The notes under the pieces are model-generated. The model worked only from the letters and a program-made list of their open reading frames with translations. It was not told the origin of the DNA and searched no databases. Positions 50,601-64,000 of a stretch of DNA of 64,000 nt are shown here, in pieces. The translations under genes were made by a program, and so were the position numbers. The stretch's first letter is position 1, and every line of letters begins with the position of its first letter. This DNA comes from the human T2T-CHM13v2.0 reference genome, Homo sapiens. The stretch is taken from assembly GCF_009914755.1 (NCBI RefSeq), contig NC_060938.1, one strand, 5' to 3'.

Positions 50601-52868
50601 TGTATTAGTCCATTTTCACGCCGCTGATAAAGACATACCCGAGACTGGGAAGAGAAAGAGGTTTAAATGCACTTACAGCTCCACGTGGCTGGGGAGGCCT
50701 CAGAATCATGGTGGGAGGCAAAAGGCACTGCTTACGTGGTGGCGGCAAGAGAAAATGAGGAAGACGCAAAAGCAGAAACCCCCAATAAAGGCATCAGATC
50801 TTGTGAGACTTATTCACTATCACAAGAACAGTATGGCGGAACCACCCCCATGATTCAAATTATCTCCCACTGGGTCCCTTCCCACAACATGTGGGAATTA
50901 TGGGAGTACAATTCAAGATGAGATTTGGGTGGGGATACAGAGCCAAACCATATCATTCCGCCTCTGGCCCTGCCAAATCTCATGTCCTCACATTTCAAAA
51001 CCAATCATGCCTTCTCAACAGTCCCCCAAAGTCTTAACTCATTTCATCATTAACCCAAAAGTCCACAATCCAAAGTCTCACCTGAGATAAGGCAAGTCCC
51101 TTCTGCCTATGAGCCTGTAAAATCAAAAGCAAGCTAGTTACTGCCTAGATACAATGGGGTTACAGGTATTGGGTAAATACGGCTGTTCCAAATGGGAGAA
51201 ATTGGCCTAAACGAAGTGGTTACAGGGCCCATGCAAGTCTGAAATCCAGCAGGTCAGTCAAATTTTAAAGCTCCAAAATGATCTCCTTTGAGTCCAGGTC
51301 ACGTTGATGCAAAAGGTAGCTTCCCTTGGTCTTGGGCAGCTCTGCCCCTGTGGCTTTGCAGGGTACAGCCTCCCTCCTGGCTGCTTTCACGGGCTGGCGT
51401 TGAGTGTCTGTGGCTTTTCCGGATAAATGGCGCAAGCTGTCGGTGGATCTACCATTCAGGGGTCTGGAGGACGGTGGCCGTCTTCTCACAGCTCCACTAG
51501 GCAGTGCCCCCATAGAGATTCTGTATGGGGGCTCCAACCCACATTTTCCTTCTGCATTGCCCTAGCAGAGGTTCTCCATGAGCACCCCGCCCCTGTAGCA
51601 AACTTCTGCCTGGGCATCCAATCATTTCTGTACATGTTCTGAAATTGAGGCGGAGGTTCCCAAACCCTAATTCTTGACTTCTGTGCACTCGCAGGCTCTA
51701 CCACGTGGCAACTGCCAAGGCTTGGGGCTTGCACGCTCTGAAGCCACGGCCTGACTCGACGTTGGCTTCTTTCAGCCATGGCTGGAATGGCTAGGACACG
51801 GGGCACCACGTCCCTAGGCTGCACACAGTACGGGGACCATGAGCCCAGCCTACAAAACCATTTTCTCCTAGACCTCTGGGCCTATGATGGGAGGGGCTGC
51901 CATGCAGACCTCTGACATGCCCTGGAGACATTTTCCCCATTGTCTTGGGGATTAACATTCTGCTCCTCATTACTTACGCAAATTTCTGCAGCCAGCTTAA
52001 ATTTCTCCTCGGAAAATGGGTTTTTCTTTTCTACCACATTGTCAGGCTGCAAATTTTCCAAACTTTTTTGCTCTGCTTCCCTTATAAAACTGAATGCCTT
52101 TGACAGCACCCAAGTCATATCTTGAGTGCTTTGCTGCTTAGAAATTTCTTCTGCCAGGTACCCTAAATCATCTCTCTCAAGTTCAAAGTTCCAGAAATCT
52201 CTAGGGCAGGGGAAAAGTGCCACCAATCTCTTTGCTAAAACATAACAAGAGTCACCTTTGCTCCAGTTCCCAACAAGTTCCTCATCTCGATATGAGACCA
52301 CCTCAGCCTGGACCTTATTGTCCATATCGCTATCAAGCTTTTGGTCAAAGCCATTCAACAAGTCTCTAGGAAGTTCCAAACTTTCCCACATTTTCCTATC
52401 TTCTCCTGAACCCTCCAAACTGTTGAAACTTTGCCTGTTACCCAGTTCCAAAGTCGCTTCCACATTTTTGGGTATCTTTTAGGCAGTGCACCACTCTACT
52501 GGTACCAATTTACTGCATTAGTCTGTTTTCACGCTGCTGATAAAGACAAACCTGAGACTGGGAAGAAAAAGTGGTTTAATTGGACTTACAGTTCCACATG
52601 ACTGGGGAGGCCTCAGAATCATGGTGGGAGGTGAAAGACACTTCTTACATAGTGGTGGCAAGAGAAAATGAGGAAAATGCAAAAGCGGAAACCCCTGATA
52701 AATCCGTCAGATCTTGTGAGACTTATTCACTATCATGGGAACAGTATGGAGGAAACTGCCCCTGTGATTCAAATTATCTCTCACCAGGTTCCTCCCACAA
52801 CATGTGGGAATTATGGGAGTACAATTTAAGATGAGATTTGGGTGGGGACACAGAACCAAACCATATCA
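50601..52868 (-). mobile_element. Full-length THE1 MaLR element (THE1A-like): LTR 50601-50955, internal 50956-52513, LTR 52514-52868
   Basis: Two ~355-bp direct LTRs, THE1-int ORF remnant 51882-52463, TSD cacag/catag. Confidence 0.93.
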
Positions 52869-54052
52869 CATAGTATAATGGTCAAAACCAGGAAATTGCA
52901 GTGATTCTGTATATTGTCATTATTCAAGCTTTTTTTCAGTTGTCCTACCAATATCCTTTTTTCTTGTACAGGGTCCAATCCAGGAACCCAATGTTGCATT
53001 GGGTTGTCACATTTCTTCATTCTCCTTGAGTATGGCACAGCTTCTCAGGTTTTGTCTTTCTTGACCTATGACCTTTTGAAGAATACTGGCTAGATATTTT
53101 GTAGAACGTCTTTCAATTTGGAATTTTCTGATATTTTACATGTCAACTTTAGGTTGTACGCGTTGGGCACAAATATGGCAGAGGTAATATGCCTTTCTTT
53201 GTGTATCATTTCAGCTGGCTGGCATAATTTCTGATGAGAAATCAATCCTTATTTTGATCTTTGTGCCCTGTATGTAATATATCCTTTTTTCTAGCTGCTT
53301 TTAAGATTTTCTCTTTATCTTTAGTTTTAAGGAATTTGATTATTAAAATTGATTTTTAATTATTGATTATTAAAAGAGCACCTTGGCTGGTGTTCTTTCT
53401 CCTGCTTTGGGCTTGTTGAATTTCTTGGAACTGTGAATTTATAGTTTTCATCATGTTTAGAAAATAATTTAACCATTATTTCTTAAAATATTTTCCTGTC
53501 CCCTAAACTGCCCCCTTCTGGGGCTCCAATTTCATGTGGTGATGTAATGGTGAGGGCTTAGGTCATGTGTAGTTTTATGTGCACTACTGCTGATTTTATA
53601 GCTTGTTGGGGTGATGTGTAAGAAATATTCATGCAGCTACCATTATCCTACAGTCAACCAGAATTTTATGACTTATAGAATAAATTAGCTATTTAAGGAT
53701 ATGAATGGCAAGATTTTTGGCACTTTGTTATTTGCCTTTTAAATTTGATTATACTTTTAAAAATGTTTGTGTGGTTGAATGTATCTATCTTTTCTTTAGT
53801 CATTTCTGGATTTATAGCATTCTTAGATAAGTCTTTCTCATTATGAGATTATTTTTAAAACATTCATTATATACTTTTTATTTTAGGATTTCAATTTTTT
53901 ATATAAATCTTTGATCTATCAGGAATTGATCCTGGTGTAAGGATGACAGTGATTCTAATTTACACTGTCTTTCAGCTGGCTACCCGATTGTCCCCAAACA
54001 TTTTAAATAAATGTTTTAACACAGTTTGTTTGCCCCATTTATTTGAGATGCG

Positions 54053-54346
54053 TTTTTTTTTTTTTAAGAGAAGTCTCATTCTGGTGCCCAGGCTGGAGTG
54101 CAGTGGCGTGATCTCAGCTCATTTCAAGCTCTGCTCCTGGGTTCAAGCAATTTTCATGCGTCAGCCTGCTGAGTAGCTGGGGCTACAGGCGTGTGCCATC
54201 ATGCGTGGCTAATTTTTTGTATTTTTAGTAGAGACGGGGTTTCACCATGTTGGCTAGGTTGGTCTCAAACTCCGGACGTCAACTGATCCACCTGCCTTGG
54301 CCTCCCAAAGTGCTGGGATTACAGGTGTGAACCACTGTGCCTGGCC
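54053..54346 (-). mobile_element. Alu (AluSx-like), antisense
   Basis: Alu consensus; flanks tgagatgc/tgaaatgc. Confidence 0.95.
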
Positions 54347-54466
54347 TGAAATGCCACTTTTCGTTTAAAAATGAAAATTTTAAAACTGTATTGGTTAGCT
54401 TATAAAAGTCAATGATGTAAAAAGCATACTAAAAAAACAAAAACAGAAACAAAAACAAAAAAATGA

Positions 54467-55808
<1,342 letters not shown>

Positions 55809-56002
55809 ATGAATAAGACGAATTCAATCATTCACCAAACAGAAACAGTGTTCCTGGCGCTGTAGGGGGTAGTATCATATTAGCGCAGTGTTAGGGCAAC
55901 TGCCATAAGATGGCCCAACCCCAGCCTCTACCTGGGGTTTTGCTTCAGTGCATGTTGCTTTTGCAATAAGAAAGGAAAACCAATGAATGTTGGAACTGAT
56001 TC

Positions 56003-56383
56003 TGTGTTACTCTCTTTTCACACTGCCATAAAGATACTACCTAAGACCAAGTAATTTATAAACAAAGGAGGTTTAATTGACTAATGGTTCCACATGGCTG
56101 GGGAGGCCTCAGGAAACTTACAATCATGGCGGAAGGGGAAGCAGACACATTTTACTGGCAGCAGATGAGAGGGACAGTGTGTACAGGAGGAAATGTCAAA
56201 CAATTATAAAACCATCAGATCTCATGAGAACTCACTATCATGAGAACAGCATGGGGGAAACTACCCCCATGATCCAATCACCTCCCTCCCTGGACACATG
56301 GGGATTACAGGCTTCTCCCTCCACATATGAGGATTATAATTTGAGATGAAATTTGGGTGGGGACACAGAGCCAAACCATATCA
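56003..56383 (-). mobile_element. MST/THE1-family (MaLR) solo LTR
   Basis: ggggaggcctcaggaaacttacaatcatggc...ggacacagagccaaaccatatca. Confidence 0.85.
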
Positions 56384-56676
56384 CACACATCTGCTGAGTC
56401 TCCTCCTATCTTTCTAGAGTAAGATTCCACTGTTCACCCACAACAGGCTTCCAGCGTCAGCTGCTCTGGTGGGGGCCCAGAAATGTCCAACCCCTGCCCC
56501 GCCCCCCCCGCCCCAGGAAACTTTAAAGACTAGAAACCTTAAAAGACCTTCAGTATCTTAGCTCTCATGGACCTGGCTGGGATTCTGTCCCTTTCCCACA
56601 TACCTCCCTGCACCGCCCTGACCCCTAAGACCCATGACAAATTAAAGATGCCACATTCGTCTGCAGTTGTCAGGGC

Positions 56677-57041
56677 TGTTAAATCAAGTTTAGCCTAATG
56701 CGGCCTCCTTACATATTTTAAATTTGGCCTAAAGATTTCTCAGTACATCATGAACTATAACAAGTGGAGGGACGAACAGACCATAGCCTACACTTGTGCC
56801 AGTCACCGAGTTTTGGCTGATCAAAAGTAGCCAAATAAGACAAACATCAACCTATAACCAATCCGGCTGTTTCTGTTCCTCTCTTCTGTTTTCTGTACAT
56901 CACTTTCCTTTTTCTGTCTGTAAATCTTCTTCCACCACGTGGCCGCACTGGAGTCTCACAGCTGAGGAGGCTGTCCGATTTGCGAATCATTCATTCCTCA
57001 TTTATACTTTAGATTTAGTTCAGCTGAAGTTTGTCTTTTAT
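56677..57041 (+). mobile_element. MER57-like ERV1 LTR
   Basis: Starts tgttaaatcaagtttagcctaa...cctccttacatattttaa. Confidence 0.7.
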
Positions 57042-57100
57042 TAGGGAAGAGGGGAGGGTTTGTTGGCCAGAGGAGTTGCTCCTCCTGTGGCAGTACCAGG

Positions 57101-57451
57101 TGTTATGACCTGAATGTTTGTGTCTCCCCAGATTGATACATTAAAACCAAATCCCAAAGTTGATGGTGTTAGAGTTAGAGCTTCTGGGAGGTGATTAGGT
57201 CATGGGTAAAACTCTCATGAATGCGATTAGGACCCTTATAAAAGAGGCCCCAGAGAGCTTTCTCTGCTCTTTCTGCCTTGTGAGGACACAGCCAGAAGAT
57301 GCCACCCCTGAACCAGGAAGCGACCTTCCCCAAAACCCAACAAGGCTGGCTTCTGATCTCAGACTTCCAGCCTCCAGAACTGTGAAAAATGCATTTCTGT
57401 TGTTCATGAGCCTGTGGTGCTTTGTTATGGCAGCCCACATGGATGAAGATG
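57101..57451 (+). mobile_element. MLT1A/MSTD-like MaLR solo LTR
   Basis: tgttatgacctgaatgtttgtgtctcccc...gacttccagcctccagaactgtga. Confidence 0.8.
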
Positions 57452-57550
57452 CCAGGCCTGGGGATTTGCAAACACCACTTTAACACAGTAACCTCCAGAA
57501 CGCCCCTGCCCTTCTCTTTAACCACACCGGTCATCAGAGTCGCAATGACA

Positions 57551-57556
57551 TTTATT
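57551..57556 (-). terminator. SERPINA6 polyadenylation signal (AATAAA)
   Basis: tttatt on the + strand, ~150 nt past the stop codon. Confidence 0.8.
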
Positions 57557-57703
57557 AAAAGATGCCTAAAGTTAGACACAACTCTGGTTGGAGGGAGAAG
57601 AACTTGGAGGAGATTGGGGGAAACCTCCCGCTCTCCAAAACATTTCTGTGGGATCCCTGGTTCCCAAAGTCAGACAGTGCTGAGGCTCTGGGTGGGTGGT
57701 CTC

Positions 57704-57889
57704 TTACACTGGGTTCATAACCCTCGCCAGGAAAAGGCTGCTCCAGGTGAAGTGGTCGAAGATCATGATGATGAAGGGCTGGTTGAAACGCAAGATGATA
57801 GGCTTGGACGTCAGGTTTAGGGTGACCCCAGTGGAGCCAGCTGTGTCCACACCCTCCTCATTGAGTTGCAGCACAGCTTTATGGACCAC
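57704..57889 (-). CDS. SERPINA6: SERPINA6 (CBG) last exon (VVHKAVLQLNEEGVDTAGSTGVTLNLTSKP...DHFTWSSLFLARVMNPV*)
   Basis: aacag acceptor, TAA stop, non-inhibitory RCL hinge, steroid-binding Trp (mature W371). Confidence 0.97.
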   Translation of the reverse strand: MVHKAVLQLNEEGVDTAGSTGVTLNLTSKPIILRFNQPFIIMIFDHFTWSSLFLARVMNPV

Positions 57890-59356
57890 CTGTTAGGTAC
57901 AGAATGAAGATGGGTAGTGAGACCTGCTGTGCGTTCTCGCTTTCCTGACTCATTGCTGGGACCCTTCACATCCTTGGTTTTAGGAAGGTAAATCCAGGGT
58001 CAGAGAAGGTCACTTGCTGGATTCTTATCCAAGTGGCAGCCCCAGGATTACACAGCCCAAGTCTGTCCACCTCCAGAACCTGGGCCGCACCTACACTTCC
58101 TATTCAAAGGGCAGATTGGGCCCATCACATGGAGATTAGAAGTCTCATGGCTTGAACTGGGCTTCACTGTCCATGTTGGGCGCTTCTTACCATCCTGGGG
58201 TAGCGGAGGGAGATCTTGCTCCCTTTCCACTCTGCTGGGTAAATGCTAGGGTTCAAGTTATGCAAAGTGCCTATGTCTGTTCTGTTTGGGAAAGCTGAGG
58301 CAGAATCTAAAAATGTAAATCTTTGACTGTTGATATGTCCTTGTTGTGATCAAAATTAGGAGGAGTTCTGAAGTCAGCAAAACGTCTGCCTAGCTTGTAT
58401 CAAAAGACTCTGGTAACTCATAACCTGGCTAAATAAGTAACAGGTGATATTGGTGAGCTCACAACACCCTAAGGGGTGGGAACTTCCAGCGACTCTTTCC
58501 AGCAAGCACACTCAGGCTCTGGTGGCTCTGTGAGTGGCACCCATGGCTAGGAAGAAGCTGAGCTGGGATTGGAACCCCTGCAGTGTGTCTTGAGCAGATG
58601 AGGTTTTGAGTCAACAGGCCTGAGATCAAACATCAAACTGTTATTTACTAGCTCTGTGACTGTGGGGAAGCTGCATACCCTCCCTGAGCAGGAGATTCCT
58701 CATCTGAGAAATTGGGATAATACCTGCCTTCTGAGAAGGCAGCTGTGTTGACTCAATCCACTCACACAGCACGCATTTTACTGAGCACATATTACGTGCC
58801 AGGTACCACGGAGGCCACAAAGTCCTGTGTCTTGAGGTCAGGGGCCACACATCTGAGTAACGGGGGCATACACAGGGCCTACACAGTTTGGGATATATAG
58901 TAGGTGTTCAGTAAACATTTTCTGAATGCATGAATAACAGAACATAAAGCTGAAGGATTTATGTAATTGAATGGATGTAATTGGGTAGAAGGCTCAATAT
59001 GATCCCAATTAGACATTTACCACTTTTCCTGTTTCTTTTTGCCAGGGGCCACTCACAGCTCTGCCATGACAACTTGGTTTTCACAGTTCCCCTCTGTGTG
59101 GTCTGGTGGGATGGGTAGGTGCCTGGCCTGTGGCCCTCCTGTGTCGACAGCTTCCTGTGTGATCTTGGGGATGTCATGTTTTCTTGCTGAGCCTCCATTT
59201 ACCTCATGGTGAGACAAGGGGCTTTGACTCAACCTGGGGTTCTCAGCCAGGGACCTAGAGGCTCATTCATGAACGAACTCAGTGCCACTTCCTAGTATTA
59301 TATTTATATTGTGAATTTTGGAGGGGGAAGAAAAGGTGGGTTCCCATGACATTTAC

Positions 59357-59504
59357 CTTTGATGACTTCAGCTGGGCGTCCTGGGTGATGCGTGAGAAAT
59401 TTGCCTGGTTGGTGAACAAGTCTGCAATGCCCATTTCCTCCAGCACATCTCCGAGGTCATAGACTCCAGAGATGGTGACCTTTGGAATGTACAGGTCCAC
59501 CTGG
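59357..59504 (-). CDS. SERPINA6: SERPINA6 coding exon (QVDLYIPKVTISGVYDLGDVLEEMGIADLFTNQANFSRITQDAQLKSSK)
   Basis: gagcag acceptor, gtaaat donor, 148 nt. Confidence 0.96.
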
Positions 59505-62061
59505 CTGCTCGGGGTAAGCAGACAGAGTTAGACATTCCAGGGCTGGGCCTGGCAGAGGGGAGAGCAGCACCTCTTCTCCTGGCCAGACTCTTATTTCCTC
59601 ATGCGCTCCCTCCAGCTCCTGCCCTCCAGCCTGACTTGCTCTTTGTGGGTAGGAGAAGGGACAGAGCAGGAGGCAGGATCTGTCTCTGCCTCCATGACAC
59701 AGGCAGCTTTCCCACGGGGCCTCTGAATTGCACATTCTTTTCTTCTCTGCAATTCCTTCGAGCTGATTCCACCTGGGATGCAGCTGGACCATGGAGCATT
59801 TAAGACAATAGTCCATAATGAAGCCTTTTTAGTCCCAGGAGAACCCCTGCTAGAAGCAGAGGACTGGAGGGAGTGCCCAGCTGGGAGCAGTGGTCCCTGG
59901 CTCCAGCTGTGCCACTAATGCTGTGTGGCCTTTGCCAAGTCCAGCCCCTCTCTGTGCTAATGTCCTCACCTGCACACAAAGGTGGTTGAACACAGGCTCT
60001 CCCAGGGCAGGTGGGTGCGAAATCTCTGTGATTCTGCAAGAATCTGATTCAGCTGGCAGTTTCTACCAGATGAAGCAGGTGGGGTTTCTAGAAAGGTAAG
60101 TGGGGTCACACTAGGGGCAGCACGGGCATCTACGCTTTTTAACATGTCAAGGCCTTAGTGTTATTTTTAAATTCTTCTTGTGCCTTCTCCCCAGAGGGAG
60201 AGCAGATGTCTAAAACACTGAAACTGAGGGGTGTCAGTGAACTCGCACCGGCTCTCTTGGCAGATGGGAGGGAAGGCACGAGACCCTCTCCTCACTGAGC
60301 AAAAGCAGCCCTGAGTGAGGCCCGGAGGCTGGCAACCATCCTGCGTGAAGTGGAAGCCGCCCTTTTCTAAAGGAGAGGGAGAAGAACCAGAGGCGAGTCG
60401 GTGTGTACCTTCTCCAGGTGCGGAAATAGTAACAGAAAGAAAGGAAGGGAGACCAATTTATCCCAAACACCTGGTCTATGTTCTTTACTTTTTTTTTCTC
60501 CTCTCTCTGTCTCTCTCACACATGCATGTGCACACACACACATACGCACCTATGAAGTCGGAATCAACATCTTTAATTTCCAGGTTGAGAGACCAACACT
60601 TAAGAGAGGTTGAGGAATTCCCCCAAAGTCACACAACTGGGAGGCAACAGAACTGAAAAGGCCAGGACTAGTTTTGCCATCTGCCGCCTGCTGCGTTGTT
60701 GACAGCTCTCTGAGAGCAAGGTGATGGGGCTTTAAGGTATGTATTATTGATTAATGTTGCTCACATTGAAGTATTTTCATGAAAAGATTATTTTTGGTGT
60801 AAAGAAAGATAGATAGTCCTTCCCATCATTTTCAGTGGAGTATGAGCTGGAATGCATTGTTTGCATCATGGTGCGTTATCACCCCCTTGTGGTATTACAC
60901 CTAAATTACAGGTTTTCTTTGGTGGGTAGAAAGGAGGAAGAGATGGCAAATGGATCCCTAGCATCTCCCAGACACAGGTTCACACCCACGCATATATATG
61001 TGTACACACTCAAGCGTAGTTATGGATGGTTTAAGAACTGTGTCCTCCACATAGCTATAGGGGATTGCTCAGAAACACAGGGCTGACTACATGACTTCCC
61101 TACAGGAGAGAAGTCAAATTCCCAGACACTTCCATGTGCACTCACAGAACTGGATGAACTTCTCTAGAAGCACCCAGCATCAAATAGATCTCTGAAGGTA
61201 TCATTCAAAATGAAAACAATCTGAAACCATAAACCACAAAACCTACCTATTAATAAAGTAGAGGAGCTTCCTCCTAGATTATCTACTGCAAAATTTTTAG
61301 ACCACAACATTTGTCCAAGCCAAATTTGTCTTCATTACTGCTGGCCCTGCATTGTTGGCACTCTGGGCATGGTCCCCTGACTTCATGTCGGGTCTGGAGG
61401 CCACTTCCCCCTGGCTGAACTTCCATTCACACTCAAAGCAGTTTCAAGGGAAAACAACCTGCTCTGCAGCCCTTCCCCATTCCCGGGCAGAGTCAGGCAT
61501 TCCCACCTCCCAACCAGTGGCATGTTACATATCTCTGTCTGTCTCTCTCAGAACTCACATTGTCGTACCACTATTAATTCCACCAGAATCTGTTTTCTGC
61601 TCTAGAGTGCATGTCTTTAAGGGCTCTGTTTTGTCCTATTCACCACTCCATCCCCTGTGCTTAGCTAGGGCATGGTACATAGCAAGTGCTTCCGTTTATG
61701 TGCATTGAATGAATGAGCGAATGAAATGCACATTGAATGAATGAATGAGTGAGTGAGTGAATGAAATGCTGCCTGATCCACCAGCCTTCCTGAGCTACTC
61801 CAGATCTACATTCCCACTCTCTCCTCAGCATCCCCCCTGCTTCTGAGTCTGCATCAGCCCCCCTGCCACCAGGTTTCATGCTGGTTGGCATTTTCTGACC
61901 CTTCTGCACAGATGGAACTTGAATCTCCCTGAGAGTGAGGACCGTGTTCTAAGAACACCTCCTTCCTCCTTTAAGGTGAGGAGCAGGGCTGCGCACTTGC
62001 ATGACAATAATTTCAATTACTGTCTAGCTCAGGGGTGCTTAGGGGGAAAATCTCATTTGTT

Positions 62062-62315
62062 TGTGCATCTGTCCATCCATCCAACCATCCACCCATCCAT
62101 CCGCTCACTCATGCATCCATTTACTTATTCATTCATCCATTCATTTACTCATTCTCCATTCACTCACTCACCCATCCATTCACTCACTCACCATTCTATG
62201 CACTCACTCACCATTCTATGCACTCACTCACTTATTCATCCATTAATTCACTCACTCATTCATTCTTCCATCCATTCACTCACCCATCCATTCATTCAGG
62301 CATTCATTCATTCAT
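62062..62315. repeat. Degenerate (TCCA/TTCA/CTCA)n tetranucleotide tract
   Basis: Seen directly; includes a tandem copy of cactcactcaccattctatg. Confidence 0.9.
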
Positions 62316-63017
62316 TGCTGACTCACATCCTCAGCTGACCTTGCCTGAGTGTCAACCCTGCACCAGCCCCTTGCTTGGGCCTGAGGTCAGAGATAGAGGG
62401 AATCCATTGGCCGCTTCTCCTCCTGGCTACTGCCTCTTCAGGATATGCAGCCCTTGCTTTCTTTCTACTTACTCACTTATTACCTACTTTAGCCTTGCTT
62501 TCTTAGTTGTTTACTGATGATTGATTGATTGAAGAGTTAGATGCCCTGAGTAACTTAAGAACCATTCATAGATTTTGCATTGGCTCCATGATGTATACAG
62601 AGGTCATTTTCATTATATTTCTATGGGGTCTCCCAAGAATCTTTAACAGGGCGTGGTTTCAGGTAAGCAAGATAACAAAACGGATAAGTGTGTAGCTGGG
62701 TGGTTGGTGAACTTACTTTAAGAAAATGCTACAAAAATATGACAATGCAGAGGGTATGTATGAACCTCACAGGGAAAGGGAACCTCACTCTGTGAAATGC
62801 CCCAAAGTATTTCAGTGTTGATGGACAGATCAATAAATAAGCGTGAGCTCTAGATTAGGGAAACTTACAGCCTTTGGGGGCCCAGCAGACAGGAAAACTG
62901 AGCCCTGGAGGGTGAGTCCAGGGAAGGAAGGATGCCCCAGCATACTCCCTTTCCACGTGCCCCACTTTCTGGGGACACGTGCATTGCAGAAATCAACATG
63001 ATGGCTGGAGGACTTAC

Positions 63018-63288
63018 CTGCTGGTCAGGCCTGCGGACCACCTGTTAATCGTGTCCCGGCTCAGTGCAGCGATGACTGTGTTCATCTTCCCCTTGTCCGG
63101 AAGGATGAAGAAGACAGTCCCATTGCCCACGTAGTTCATCTGCACCAGCTGGCAGGGGAGCTCCGCGTCATGAAGGTAACTGATGGTGCTCGACTGCAAC
63201 ATCATGGGCACCTTCACCACAGTTGTCTCGTCCACATAGAAGTTCTCCTCCCTGGTGCTTGCCAGGTCAAAGGGCTGTGTCCATGTGC
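63018..63288 (-). CDS. SERPINA6: SERPINA6 coding exon ([32 protein letters not shown]...NRWSAGLTS); gene continues beyond the window
   Basis: cctag acceptor, gtaagt donor, 271 nt, NGT sequon (mature N238). Confidence 0.96.
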
Positions 63289-64000
63289 CTAGGAAGAGGA
63301 GGAGACAGGTCTGTAGGGCAGAGAGGAAAACACAGTTCCAGGTGACCTCACGGGCCTACTATCCAAGTGACACAGTGGCCTTCTGAATGCTTGGAATGTC
63401 CCCATTCAAGCCTCAAGGGTTTTTAGGTAAGATATAAAAATTCCCAGAAATTTAAATCCTGTTTCATCCTCTACTTCTTGGAATGGGTTGAGGATGAGCT
63501 CTGTTTCTGAGACTGGCTTCTAAACAAGGAAGTAGGGAGAGACCAAGAGGGTACTGGTCCTTGGATTTGGGGGTAGGTCAGACTGTGCCTTGGCTCCCCA
63601 TGCCTAGAGTGGGTCCCAGTTCTGAGGGCTCTGGAAGTGGTGCTAGACCTCAAGTCTCAAACTCAGAGTCCCTGGTGGGAAGCGAGGGGGCCATCTCCAC
63701 CCCTGCCAGCCTGGCCGGCCCAGCTGAGGCTCCTGACCCTGCTGAATGGTCCTTCCTTCTAGGCCACGTTGTCCTAATGAAGAGTCAGGGTGAGAAGACT
63801 CCTTCAGGGTCACAGACTCCCACCCCCAGCAGGCCCTCAAGTCCCATCTACCATGTTCCAGGGTGCCACCATCCAGCTTGTTTTTTTGCCTTGAGATGGA
63901 GAGCTCACTACCTTCACAGATGGGACTTGGCGGTACTCATCAGCTCTGATGGGAAGAAAATTGCTCCTCAGACTGAGCCAAAGCCTGCCTGATTGTCCGC

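Noticed and set aside
51882-52463. 193-aa ORF
   Set aside because: THE1 internal-region remnant shared by many copies; no evidence of domestication
55855-55916. Two CTCF-like motifs (gctgtagggggtagta; ccataagatggccc)
   Set aside because: Several core mismatches; cannot be supported without ChIP data
59501-59507. Second CAG 4 nt inside the SERPINA6 exon acceptor
   Set aside because: Its use would frameshift; only the 59504 start restores the CBG sequence
61919-62517. His/Ser/Pro-rich ORFs (139 and 160 aa)
   Set aside because: Produced by the stop-poor (TCAT/TCCA)n repeat

Overview
This is eukaryotic, primate genomic DNA, recognisable as the human 14q32.1 junction between PPP4R4 and the clade A serpin cluster. 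The + strand carries the last 11 coding exons of PPP4R4 (3446-31926; 1011 nt spliced, 336 aa plus stop, ending KATLKSRKSNP) and its 3'UTR (AATAAA at 32996). The - strand carries the complete SERPINA10 gene (protein Z-dependent protease inhibitor: four coding exons at 43878-37248 giving 444 aa, plus an upstream 5' exon with its donor at 45894) and the last three exons of SERPINA6 (corticosteroid-binding globulin, 63288-57704). The rest is mostly Alu, L1, L2, MIR, MaLR/ERV LTRs (including a full-length THE1 element), DNA transposon fossils and microsatellites, and most listed ORFs are by-products of these. I found no new multi-gene system. The best leads are a perfect 35-bp-stem hairpin between the convergent PPP4R4 and SERPINA10 3' ends, the uORF and in-frame upstream ATG layout of the SERPINA10 leader, a MER44 transposon bracketed by two poly(A) signals in the SERPINA10 3'UTR, a palindromic FOXA plus HNF1 module, and a tandem acceptor at the last PPP4R4 exon. 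Gene identities and repeat subfamily names come from recall of known sequences, not database searches.
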